This document shows positions 52,576-64,000 of a stretch of 64,000 nucleotides of DNA, in pieces. Position 1 is the first letter of the stretch. Each line of letters starts with the position of its first letter. The translations under genes were made by a program, and so were the position numbers. The notes under the pieces are model-generated. The model was not told the DNA's origin, made no database searches, and saw only the letters and a list, made by a program, of their open reading frames with translations. This DNA comes from Vicugna vicugna. Lineage: Eukaryota. The stretch is from assembly GCA_013265495.1 (NCBI GenBank), contig MU061578.1, forward strand, positions 2,861,308 to 2,925,307. The letters run 5' to 3'.

Positions 52576-55500
52576 TCAGTGGAGCTGAGCGTCCAGCTCA
52601 TACTTCTCGCAGAACTTGTCAGTGAAGGGGATGCAGGTGAGGAACTCACACCACTCACAGCGGACAGGGTAGAAGTAGAAGAGGACCACCAGGCCAGCCA
52701 GGAGGCCCAGGAAGACCACCTGGAAGACGATGATCTGGCAGCGCTTGCGGTACAGGTCGAACTTGCCGAAGCTGATATAGGGCAGGAAGGCAAAGGAGAG
52801 GAAGAGGCCGCTGATGAAGCCCGAGATGTGGGCAAAGTTGTCGATCCAGGGTAGCAGCCCGAAGGTGAAGAGGAAGAGCACCACGGCCAGCAGCTTGAAG
52901 AAGGCCCGCCAGGGTCGTGCCAGGATCTGCCAGCTCTGGAAGAGCTCCACGAAGAGGCAGGCCAGGATGCCGAACTGTGAGCCGGCTGGGCCCACCTGGG
53001 GGTGGGTGGGTGGTGTGAGCCGGCGGGCCTGAGCAGGCCCCTGTACCCCAAGCCTGTCTTCCCACCTCCCGTGGCCCAGAGCGTATCAGGATGGAGGAGC
53101 CAAGTGGAGGGGCTCGAGCAGCTCTGTGCTGATGTGGACCCAGCTCCTGCCAGGCCACAGGTGCACACGGGAGGGCCCCACCCTGAGGCTGCCTTACCTC
53201 CGCCCGGTATGGCAGGAAGATGGCACTGGCCAGGTTACCAGTGATACCACTCAGCAGGTAGATGATGGCTATGCGGTGCCAGCCGGCCAGCTTCTCCAGG
53301 TCCCGCAGGACAGTCATCTGGAAGCAGACAGATACCAGGCAGTGCAGGATCCTGTAGGGGCGGGAGTGGGGGACACTCAGGGAAGGTCAGCCAGCTACTT
53401 CTAGGGTCCTTGAGACCGCCCACCTCACCCCACCCCACCCCGCTCAGCCCACAGTGTCACTTGCCCAGCGTGCAAGAAGAGGGACAGCCACAGGCGGTAG
53501 AACTGGTCAGGCACCTCGGGGTTGAGGAAGGGCAGGAGCCCACACACGTCGTCCATGCAGTGTACCTGTGCAGAGGGCCCATCAGCTCCCACCGCAGCTA
53601 GGGGGAGAGGAGAGGGACCCTCACCCCAGAGGCCTACCTGAGAGCAGAGTGTGGCTTCCTCATGGAAGTAGCCCCTCATGAAGTCACAGTACTCCCGGGA
53701 GGTGATCTCACACCTACAAGGTCAGGCAGGGTTGGGAGGACTGACAGAGGGAGACTCGCTGGGACCTAGGCCCTGGCTTCAGCCCTGCTTGCCCACCTTT
53801 GCTGGCCCTGGATAAGTCCAGACCCTTTGTCACCGCACACCCCCTGGTGTCGGGTTTTGGGGGACTTGGTAGCGGAGAAGGGCCCAGCCCAAGGGCAACA
53901 ATCTGTGCCCAGAACCAGCTGCACATGCACACACAGGCACCCCTACCTGCCCTTGGTGCCAATGCAGCAGGGCCGGCCCGTGATGACACAGTCCATGTGA
54001 GGGTGGTTCGTGTGGTTGCCAGCGCTGTTTTTGGTGCAGATCTGGGTCACAAATGGGGATAAGTTGGGTCAAGTCCTCCCCTAACCCTGGGCCCTTCACC
54101 ATGCTTGGTCGGGGCAATGATGGACAGGCTCCTAGGGTAGGAAACAGGCCTCCCTTGACTACAAGCAGGCTTCAAGCTGAACCTCAGTTGGACCATCTGT
54201 CAAACTGGAAAAATGTCATTTGACCTCCCAAGTCTCCACCTGGTTTTGCTCTGACTACCTGCTCAGAGAAGCATTGGTGGATGGACAGGCTGGCTTAAAG
54301 GCCATGGCGTAGCATCTGAAAACACAGGGAGGTCCCACAATAGGGACTTCTCTGCCATTACTAATGGGTAAGGTATCATTTCCTCCCCACCAAAACAAAG
54401 GTGACTTCCCAAGAACCCCTTCACCCCAGCTCACCGGCCACTTGGTGATGTCATCGGGCCACTCATGGGGGTCCTCGGAGGAAGGCTCGTCACACACCCT
54501 GCATGAGCCCAGGATGTGGTCAGACCTTGCTTTGTGCCCTTGGCTTAGCACTTGCCCACCCTACTCCCAAGAGAGACACAAACAAAGGGGGGAGCCAGCA
54601 GCACTGACCTGGGGTCCTGATGGCAGACAGAGCCGAACTGCCTTTTGTGGCCAGCAAGGTCTGGGGCACTGGGATGGAAGGGCCACTTCACCCACACTGC
54701 CAGCGTGGACTGTGGGAGGACACAGGGTCAGCCCCTGGGCAGAGCCCACCCCTCTCCCAGGGCCATCTCCAGGAGGCAGGTATCAAAAGTAAAACCACTG
54801 AGTTCCTCCTCCCGACTGTACAACCCAACCTCTATGAATTGACACTCTGGGAATGTGCAGACCTGTTGGGAGATTGTTGTAAGTTCAACAGCATAATTTC
54901 TATTAGCTTAAAAACAGAAACAACTTGTATCCGAAATCAGGAAACTGCACATAAGATTAAAAAAAAACTTGGGTGAAATTTTAAGACTGTTTAGTGGGAA
55001 AAATAAGGCAATACAACTTATGTAAACTTAAGACACATACAAAAAAGTAAGATGGACACGTGGGGAAAGAGAGCACCCTAATTAAGGGCATGCTGTCTAC
55101 AGGGCCACCAGCAGAAATGGAGGTTGGGATGAAAAGGGGAGAATGTGAGGTGAGGGGCCTTCCAAAGACCAATGGAATAACATTCTGAGAACTAGGAGTT
55201 GAGGACAGCTCAACCGGCTCTATCTGAAATTTCAAGGGAACCACAAACACAAGGAGCAGACCAGGCCGCCAGCAGCTGGTAGGGCACGCACCGAGCACTC
55301 TTCCTCCGAGGTCTGCACGCAGCCAGATCGGTCGTTGCGCACGCAGCAGGCCGAATGCTTTTCGCGTTCACGCGCAGCGTGGATGAAACTATGCACCTGC
55401 GGATCCTGGCGCATGCAGGGCGAGAACTTGGCACCCAGGTGAATGAGAGCCTCCTGCAGGGGAATGGGATGTGCCGCTGCAGCTGCGGCCCGGCCCTTGC

Positions 55501-58500
55501 CAGCTCAGGGTCTCCGCCCCTCATGGCCAGGCCCCGCCCCCTCCAGGCCCCGCCCTCACCGAGCTGGGCCCGATCCAGAAGTTCTCCTGCTGCACGTACT
55601 TGACATTCTCATAGACCCCGCGGTTCCGCAGCACCTGGGACATTGGGGAGAAAGTTCAATCGGAGCTCAGTTGGGCCCTCTCCTCCCAGAATAGGAGGGC
55701 GGGAGCCCAGAGCCCAGCTCTCACAGGAGGGCACCCAGGCTCACCGAGTCCACGGTCTCGTGCTGTGAGAAGCCTACCGGTGCTATACCATAAATGCACA
55801 CGGCTAGAATGGTGACGAGTGAGTGCACGAAGGTGAGCCAGTAGGTGAAGAAAGGCCTGCGGGGCAAATTGTCAGGAGAGGCAGCATCCTCCACCAGAAG
55901 CCCCCACCCCCAACCTGGAGCCTTGCCTGCCAGAAGCCACATCCCCTCCATGCCTACCTGTGGTCGTCCATGTCCTCAATCTGCCGTTTGACATAGCTGT
56001 CAATTCGCTTGCGGTAAGTGCGGTTGGTGAGCCGGCCCACCATGCCCAGCCCGTAGGGCCGCTTCTCCCTGGCGAAGAACTTGCGCACCGGCATCGCGAT
56101 GCGCTGGCCACGCCGCTGCCCCACTGTGCTCACCACCTCCTGCCGCAGCCGCACCTTGGGCTGCGAGGCCGCCGCACCACCCTCCTTCTGCTTGCGCCAG
56201 CCACGTTCCAGAGGCCTGGGGGAAGGAGTGCTGTCACTTCCAGCCCGAGACTTCCCACCTGCTGCAGTCCATTCCCTGCAGGAGGAGGGCAGTCCTGCAT
56301 CTTTTGCTCCCATCCAACAGTGAAGATACTGAGTGACAGGCTGATGTCAACAGCAGCCTCCTCCTTACCAGTAAAACAGCAATCTTGAGCCGCTCCGGGT
56401 ATGGCAGGGAGGTGGGAACTGGACCTACATGAGGTTCCCTGGCCCATCTACAGGTATTAACTACATCACCTCCCTCACCCCCACCCCACCCCTAGTTGGA
56501 TTCTCTCCAGCCTGTGGGCTGTGGGACTGCCGTCGTGTTTCTGGTGTGGGCCGCCAAGGCTCGAACTGTGCCCAGTCCTGGGTCCCCCAGTCGCAGTTGC
56601 CAAGCTGGGCTCCCAGTCCTCGAGACGACTTCACCCCTTGGCCCTCAAGGGTGTCATGACCTCGTGCCCAGAGGTCCCCGACAGCAGCAGGGCCTCCCCT
56701 CAACCCTTCCCCAGCCTGCAGGGAATCACTCACAACATCAAATGGCTGCGCTCAAGCTCGCTGCGGTCCAGGGCCCCGCCCGTGAGGTCCGCCTGCTCTG
56801 GGGCTTTCTCCCACTCCTTGAGCGCTGCCTCTGATGGGGATTCAAACACCTCGTCCGGGTACGTGGACAGCTCCTCGTGGAGGACACCTTCCTGAGCAAA
56901 CACGCGCAGTCAGCGTGAGACGCACAGGCGAAGGGGTCACAGGTGATGCCCACAGGCTCTTACCCGAGCAAAGAAGGACGTGTCTAGCTCGTCGGGGAAG
57001 TCAGCTGTGTCCTCCTCCAAGAAGCTGGCAGGAGTGAAGCTTCGGCGCTGCACTCGGCGCAAGGTGCCATCCCTAACCGAGCGGCCCTGCCAGCGAAGGG
57101 GTGAGCGAGCACGAGGCGTGGTGCCGGCTCCGCCCCACCCCCAGCCCAGCCCCCTGCACCCACCTTCACCAGCGCAGCGGCCGCCCGGAAGCTCATCTTG
57201 GCCACCGACTCGCGCTTGCGCCGCCGTGGGAGCCGGTTGAAACCAGAGCGGGAGCTGGAGAAGGAGCAGAGGGAAGCAGCACCCGGTGTGACAGGCGTGT
57301 GCGGGGCACTCAGGCCATCGGTGGCGTCATCTGCCAAGCGGAAGGCCCGGCCCCGGGCCAGGGGGTCTATGATCTGGAGGAGGGGAGGAGATGCCGGAGT
57401 CAGGCGCTGGGTGGTTGCGGAGGAGGTGCCTTCCCTTCCCCAGACCCCACTGTGGAGAACACAGTTGCTGCTCCTCTCATGCCCCAATAGGTCCCCTGGA
57501 CAGCTAAGTGGGTACCACCTCACCCCACTGGGCTGATGGGTCCCTCTCTCCACCTATATTTCGTGTACTAAGCTGTTCACCCTGGGCACGGGCTGTACAA
57601 TCCCAGGACCCTGTCATTTCCCCCAAAACCCCCTCCCCTGAGGGTATCTTAGGTGCCTTTATGGGACCACCCTCCCAGACCACAAGCTCCAAGCAACCTC
57701 CTTTGCTTAGGCTGGCCATGTCCCCAACCCTGGTTCAGGGGAGCAGAGTAGAGGGCCTATGGGAGGCAGCAGCAGCAGCAGAAGAGCATACCTTCTGCAT
57801 GCCCAGCTGGCATGGCCCCACATACAGTGGAGGGGGCGTCTCAGTGCTGGTCAGCGACACGTTGTCCTGGCTGGGCAGGTCCAGCTCCCGGATGACCTGG
57901 GGCTTCAGCTTCCCATAGCGCTGGCTGCAGTGACGGATGCTCTTGCGCTGCCACTTCTGGGTGCTGTCATTGTCCTTGCTCACTCCAAACCAGTCAGCAG
58001 TGCCCCTGCCACGGGAGGGAGTCAGCAAGGGGAAGCCAGCTCTCCCCTCTCCCCAGCAGGGGCCTCACAGGCACCCCATCTGGGCACTGTGCCTACCCCA
58101 GGCCTCCTGTAACTCCAGGGTCTGGGGTCCAGGTGGGCTGGGTCTGATTCAGAGAATAAGTAGGCTTCAGCCTTGGCCCCCCAGTAAACAATTAGCCAAA
58201 TCCAGCTTGCCACTAGCACCATAGCTGACAGGCCTGTGTGAAAAAGGTGAGTGTTTCACACAGGCCCTCATCCTCATCCCTGAATTGGGGGTTTGTGGGG
58301 AGACACTGAGCCACGAGATAGAATTCAGAGTTCAGCCCTCAGCTCAGCCAGAGAAAGCTCAGCCCTGGGCAGCAGCTTGACCTCAGATGCCACAGAACCC
58401 AGGCAGTGGGCGCTGTAAACTCAGGCAGGCTGCCCCCAGCCCTTGGACATATGCACAAAAATGCTGCCAGCACCTGCCATTAGGAGCCCCCAGGGAACAC

Positions 58501-59275
58501 CAACCACGCTGGCAGCTCCCGAGAGGTCATAAGCCATGCACACGCCAGCTGATGCCAACACACTCATGCCCTGCCCACGGTACCTGAGCAGGGACCGAGA
58601 GAGAGACGGGCGCTGCGTGAGGGCCCTGCGGGCAGCGGGGGGACCCGAGAGGGGCAGAGTGTGGACACGCCCAAAGCGCACCTGTCGGCTGTTCGGGGGC
58701 CAGAGCATTTGGGTGGGGGAGACAGAGAGGAGAGAGCAAGTGCTGGGGGAGAGCAGAGAAAGGTGGTAGGTAAGAGCTTTTGATCCCCAGAGCAGGAAAA
58801 GGACAGGGTGACATGGGGGACAGATGGAGGAGGAAGCCGAGACAAGAGGGGCCTCTGCTCCATCCCCAGCCCCGGGACCCAAAGGGGGCTCTGTGTGCCT
58901 GCCTCTGCCCCACCAGCCCCCAGCCCCCAACCCCGGAGCAGCCAGGATGGACGGGTACCTGCGGATGGTCTGCGTGATGGACATCTGGCGTTGCAGTACT
59001 GGCCGCCGGGGCTCATGGTGGGGTGAGGGCAGGTGGGCAGTCTCGGCTGGCATACTCACACTCCGCAAGAATGCCTGGCGTCTTAGGGGCTGGGCGACGG
59101 GGTCACGGTGAGGGGGCTGGACAGGGTGGCCCCACAGCCCCTGCTGGCCAGGGCCTACCTGCAGGAAGCTGGGCTCCTCGGCAGCCGGGGGCGCCACAGC
59201 TGGGATATCTAGCTTCAGCCACGGTGGCTTCTTCCGCTGCAGGCTGCTGGTGCTGTCCCTGCGGACCTCGCTCAT
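52576..59275 (-). CDS. RHBDF1: Inactive rhomboid protein 1 (iRhom1), 17 coding exons, 856 aa
   Basis: Exons 59275-59159, 59089-58959, 58005-57792, 57373-57164, 57086-56964, 56891-56734, 56215-55958, 55856-55745, 55634-55560, 55453-55292, 54709-54609, 54498-54435, 54041-53947, 53713-53638, 53565-53465, 53351-53198, 52995-52576. Total 2571 nt and phase-consistent. Carries the GPAGS pseudoprotease motif and ends YELDAQLH*. Confidence 0.97.
58584..58688 (-). CDS. RHBDF1: Putative in-frame RHBDF1 cassette exon (35 aa)
   Basis: CAG|C CGA CAG GTG...CTG CTC AG|GTACC. 105 nt, phase 2-2 matching the host intron, no stop codon. Confidence 0.6.
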
Positions 59276-62200
59276 GGTTCCAAGCAGAGCAGGGCGGGCC
59301 TAGAGGGTGCGGCGGGTTATTCAGTAACAATGCTGACAGGTCTCTGAAGGTTCATGGGGCTCCCAGGAGGATAGGGAAGCAGTGATGACCCCAGGGGGAG
59401 GGAGGCCCAGCTCCCATTGCCAAAGTGCTAGGATGTGCTCAGCACTGACACGCTTGGCACCTGCCTCTGTCATCCCAAAAGATATTGCCAGGCACATACT
59501 AGGTCCTCAGACGAGAAATTCATGGGACACGTAGTTAACAACCTGCTATAAGCCACTCCTAGGTGCTTATGTTGGTGGGGAAACAAGGAAACCAAAACAG
59601 ACAAAGTCCCAGCACTCCTGGAGCTTCTAGTGCAGACAAACAATACACCTGTAAGTAGACGGAAGGTGCTAAAAGATGCAAAGGGTGATAGGGATAAGAT
59701 AGTACGCTCCGGTTTCCAGAGGCAGTGATGCCTCCCAGCGAGATGACATCAGAGCAAAGGCTTCCAAGGTGATGTAGTGAGCAAGAGTAGGGGGCGGGGT
59801 GATCCTCACACAGAGAGCGAGGCCAGTGCAGAGGTATGAGTGAGCATGAGGACACAGGCAGGCCCCGACAGTACATTGGGGCAAATCTCAAGCCTGGTGA
59901 CCCAGACCTCACTCTCTTAACCACCATGACAGCTGTTCCAGAAACAGAGGACCCACAACAGGGGTGCGTGATCCCTCCAACTCATGGAGGGACCACATGG
60001 TTTCCAGGGTCCAAGAGCTCCAACAGCCAAGGGACCACCTGAAAACCACCAGGTGAAAACACAGCCATGACCACCAGGGGGCGCCACATGCCCAGAAACA
60101 GCAGCAAAGAAGCTGAGCGTGGGAGGGTGGCCTGCTCCGCAGCATCTGAGAGCTCTACCTCGTATCACCTTGGCACAGGGGAACGGACCAGGACCCGGAA
60201 GAGAGAGGCCACCACCGCTTCTCCATGTAATGTTGAGCACTGGTCTCCTTGGTACTATTTTCCCCTTCACCAAACACCACTTTCAAGGTTAGGGTTAGGG
60301 TCCCGTCCCCAAAGGAGGAGCACAAGGGGTCTGGAAATAGGACAACCAACCAAGACAGGAGGTTCCTGAGCACAGTGGAACAAGGATAGCAGGAGAGCAA
60401 TTCTAGGAGGGCCAAGAAACCCAAATCCCTAGGCCTCCTCAAAGGGCTTCAGACCCTGATAGCTTCTGAACAGCGGTGTCTGTAACCCATCTGTTCATAT
60501 CCCCAGAAACAGCTTCCAATTCTGAGCCTCCCTCTCAAATGCTTGGAGGAGATACTCTTCCTATTTGTAAAGTAAGAGTAAGCCCCATTCTTACTTTACA
60601 AATGGGGAAACTGAGGCCTAGAAGGAAGGCCTGCCTGGTCCAAGGTCACATATTCAGGGCAGCATAATTAGGGACACAGCTGCTACTGGACTTACACAGA
60701 CCAGGGAAGGGCCGGGACCCTGCTTAGAGCAACTCCCAGCTAGGTACTGACCTGGGGATGTCCAAGGAGGCCACTCACTCTTGTACACAGACCGGGGAGG
60801 GCACAGCACACGGCTCCTCCTGGCCCCACACAAAAAACAGGCAGCCCCACATCCTGCTTACAGCTGCTACCAGCCCCAGGCCACCCACAGACATGCCCAG
60901 GACAGTACTCACAGCTTCTAGTGGTCTTATGACAACTGGGGTCCCACCCAGGACCCAGCACCAGGTCCCACTGGCCCTGTACCAGACAGGGCCAGGCCTG
61001 AACATTGATCCATTGATCATAGTTCCGACTGGCTCTATACCGACCAGGGGTAGGCCCACGACACTACTCACTCCTGTTACCCCTACAGTGACGTGACTCA
61101 CCGCTCACACTTCCGCTGGCCCTGGACCAGTTAGGAACAATCCCAGAGCAACTCCTCACACCCCCATGGGCCCTATGCTGACCAGAAACAGGCCCAGGGA
61201 GGAGGAGGTCATTTAGGGATGCCTTCTGACTTCCTGCCCCATCCCTTACATTCCAATCTGAGTTGATTATGCACCAGGAGTCTCTCCATCGACATAGCCC
61301 CCCAGGGCCAAGCCCCTCTCCCCTGCCTCCACCAGCTCTGACCCTCGGAAAAGGGCCCAGGGCAGCACTTATTCCCATACCCCTGGGAAGCCCTTCCAGG
61401 CCCCTGCCCAACCCAAGCCCCACAAGCTGCAGTCAGATGCAAGGCTCCCTAGAAGTGGGTGGAGGCGGGCGGGTCTGGGCGGCATCCTGAGAACTGGTCC
61501 CTCTGGGATCTGAACCAGGAGACCAGCGCTCAGCATCCAACTCGCAGGGACAGCACAAGCAAGGGGTGGGGAGGGGGTGGCGAGCACACACAAGGAGCCC
61601 CAGAGACACCAAGAGCCGGTCAGCTAGTGACAGAGGCACCAGCTCCCTGCCTGTGCACGCAGACCTCCTGGCGTCCCTCACCCGCCACCCAACCCCCTCT
61701 TGTGATTGAGGCAGAGGCTGGAGGGTGCTCCTAACCCGCCCAGCTCCCTGCCCTCAGTGCTGTGGGTTCCCAGCCCGTCCTACTCCTGGGTGCCCATCCA
61801 CCCCAATCTGGCCCTCAAGTGGGTGGGATTCAAAAGTAGCGGGGGGGGGTGCTCTGCAGTGGACCCTGAGGCTGTGGGGGAGGGACAGGCCCAGGCCAGA
61901 CAAAGAGTCTGGGCCAGGAAGGGGCACGGTGCCCGCCCAGAGGAGACAGTGGCTCAGTGTCTCGGCCTCCTCCTGGCGCACAGTGGGCTCTTGTTCCCAG
62001 AAGGCCCCTCGGGGGGGATTCCCAGCAGCATCTCTGCTCTGCTGCCCCTGAGTGCGAGGAGAAACACAGCCCAGGGAGGGGTCACACAGTGCCTGAGTCA
62101 CTCTGGCCACATTCATGGTCACCCAGCCAGGGCCCAGACACATCCGGAGACACTCAAATGGGCATCTAGAAGTGAATGGCAGGGGCTGACGAAGCAGAAG

Positions 62201-62649
62201 CTCACAATGGGGACAGAGCAGTGATGCTACACACCTGCACACGGAGCAGCTCAAGAGCAAGAGGCGAGGCTGGGGGTGAAGCTGAGGGACAAAGGCCCCG
62301 CAGGGTAACCAGGCCCGGCAGGGTAACCGGACAACGAGGGCTGCTCTAAGTGGGAGCGAGGGGAGTAGCCATTAGGGCCCAGGGCTGGAGGAGGAGTGCG
62401 AGAGGGTCCCACTGAGGAGCAGACGTTCCTGCCACGGGGATGACTGAGGCACCGGAGAGTCCAGGAAGCGGGAGCCAGTGCAGGGAGACTACTGAGGAGA
62501 GCCTGGTCTGAGACCCTGGGCACTGACCCTGCTCACCTCCACCACCTGCAACCCTGAATGTTCCCATTTGACAATCAGGGGCCAGATGAGTGCCTGGCAC
62601 ACAGTAAGTGCACAAGGAGCAGCAGCTGAATCAAAAATAGGCTGGACCT

Positions 62650-63588
62650 CACTCCCACTCCTGGGCATACATTCGGAGGAAACTCTAATTCAAAAAGATA
62701 CGTGCACCCCAGTGTTCACAGCAGCACTACTTACAATAGCCAAGACATGGAAATAACCTAAATGTCCATCGACAGATGACTGGATAAAGAAGATGTGGGT
62801 GTGTGTGTGTATATATCTATATACACACACACATACACCCCTACACATACACATACGTACATATAGTGGACTACTACTCAGCCATAAAAAAGAATAAAAT
62901 AATGCCATTTGCAGCAACATGGATGGACCTGGAGATCATCATTCTAAGTGAAGTAAGCCAGAAAAAGAAAGACAAATACCAGATGATATCACTTATATGT
63001 GGAATCTAAAAAAAAAAAAGAAGGGACAAATGAACTTATTTACAAAACAGAGACAGACTCACAAAGAAACTTGCGGTTAACCAGGGGGATGGTGGAGTGG
63101 TGGGATAAATTCAGAGTTCAAGATTTGCAGATACTAACTACTATACATAAAATAGATAAACAACAAGGTTCTACTGTATAGCACAGGGAAGTATATTCAA
63201 TATCTTATAGTAACCTATAACGAAAAAGAATATGAAAACGAATACATGTATGTATATGTATGACTGAAACATTATGCTGTACATCAGAAATTGACACAGC
63301 ATGGTAAACTGACTATACTTCAATAAAAAAAAATCTTGTAATAGCCTATAATGAAAAAGAATACGAAAAGGAATATATGTAAATCAACTACACTTCAATA
63401 AAAAATAAAATTTTTTAAAAGAGGAATATATATATGTATAAGTGTATCACCATCCTATACATCAGGCAGTAACGCAACATTGCAAATCAACTACACTTCA
63501 ATCAATCAATCAATCAACATTAAAAAAACAGGCTGGACCTAAAAATATAATACTGTAAATCAATTATAATTCCATTAAAAAGAAAGAA
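62650..63588 (+). mobile_element. Truncated L1 with several stacked L1 3' tails
   Basis: IQKDTCTPVFTAAL, IMPFAATWMDLEIIILSEVSQ, and repeated AAATCAACTACACTTCAAT tails. Target-site duplication AAAA(T/C)AGGCTGGACCT near 62634 and 63525. Confidence 0.85.
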
Positions 63589-63723
63589 GGGTGGGGGTGG
63601 GGTACAGCTCAGTAGTAGAGTACATGCTTAGCATGTGCAAGATCCTGGATTCAACCCCCGGTACCTCCATTAAATAATTAATTAATTAATTAATTAATTA
63701 AATCTAATTACTCCCTCCCCCCC
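63589..63723 (+). mobile_element. Vic-1-like tRNA-derived SINE
   Basis: GTACAGCTCAGTAGTAGAG...GATCCTGGATTCAACCCCC, with (TAAT)n tail and C-run. Confidence 0.8.
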
Positions 63724-64000
63724 AGGTTGTTTTTCTTTTTAATAAAGAAAACAGACAGGCTGGTGATGCCTGCTGGCTGTGGGGAGCTCCCTGAGGAGCT
63801 CGTGCAGCCAGGGCCCAAGCCACGGGGAGACCTGGGGCGAGACTTCAGCAAGGCCCAGTCTGGGAGGGTGTGGCCAAGAGGCAGGAGACAGGGGAGAAGC
63901 TCGGGCCCACCCAGATCTGGACAGTGGCCGTGGCCACGGTAAAGCTGGACCCTCCACTATGGCACATAGGCCTGCCCTGTGCACTCGCAAGATGACACCC

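Noticed and set aside
60287..60300. GGTTAGGGTTAGGG
   Set aside because: Only two telomeric hexamers, compatible with chance. Not an interstitial telomere.
1..64000. CRISPR arrays, rRNA, prokaryotic or viral systems
   Set aside because: None seen. The window is intron-containing mammalian DNA with no repeat-spacer array and no intact ERV genes.

Overview
Mammalian genomic DNA. It is most likely camelid, judged from three short tRNA-derived SINEs resembling the camelid Vic-1 family. The right two-thirds is the conserved gene block that lies distal to the alpha-globin cluster, with every coding exon traced by splice sites and phase: intact IL9R (minus, 9 coding exons, 489 aa), POLR3K (minus, 108 aa), SNRNP25 (plus, 123 aa) and RHBDF1/iRhom1 (minus, 856 aa; non-coding exon 1 lies outside the window). 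The left third has a CpG island with an orphan periplakin (PPL) exon 1 whose ATG is GTG. No PPL exon 2 was found, which points to a rearrangement or segmental-duplication junction near 18 kb. Next to that junction are two diverged units with paired CTCF-like motifs that resemble subtelomeric TAR1 repeats. Other notable features are an apparently perfect 1,871-bp tandem duplication of the IL9R promoter plus exon 1, a candidate CUG-initiated acidic N-terminal extension of SNRNP25, and an in-frame 105-nt RHBDF1 cassette exon carrying an RVxF motif. The rest is mostly L1, MIR, LTR and DNA-transposon relics. Gene and repeat identities come from recalled sequences, not from database searches.
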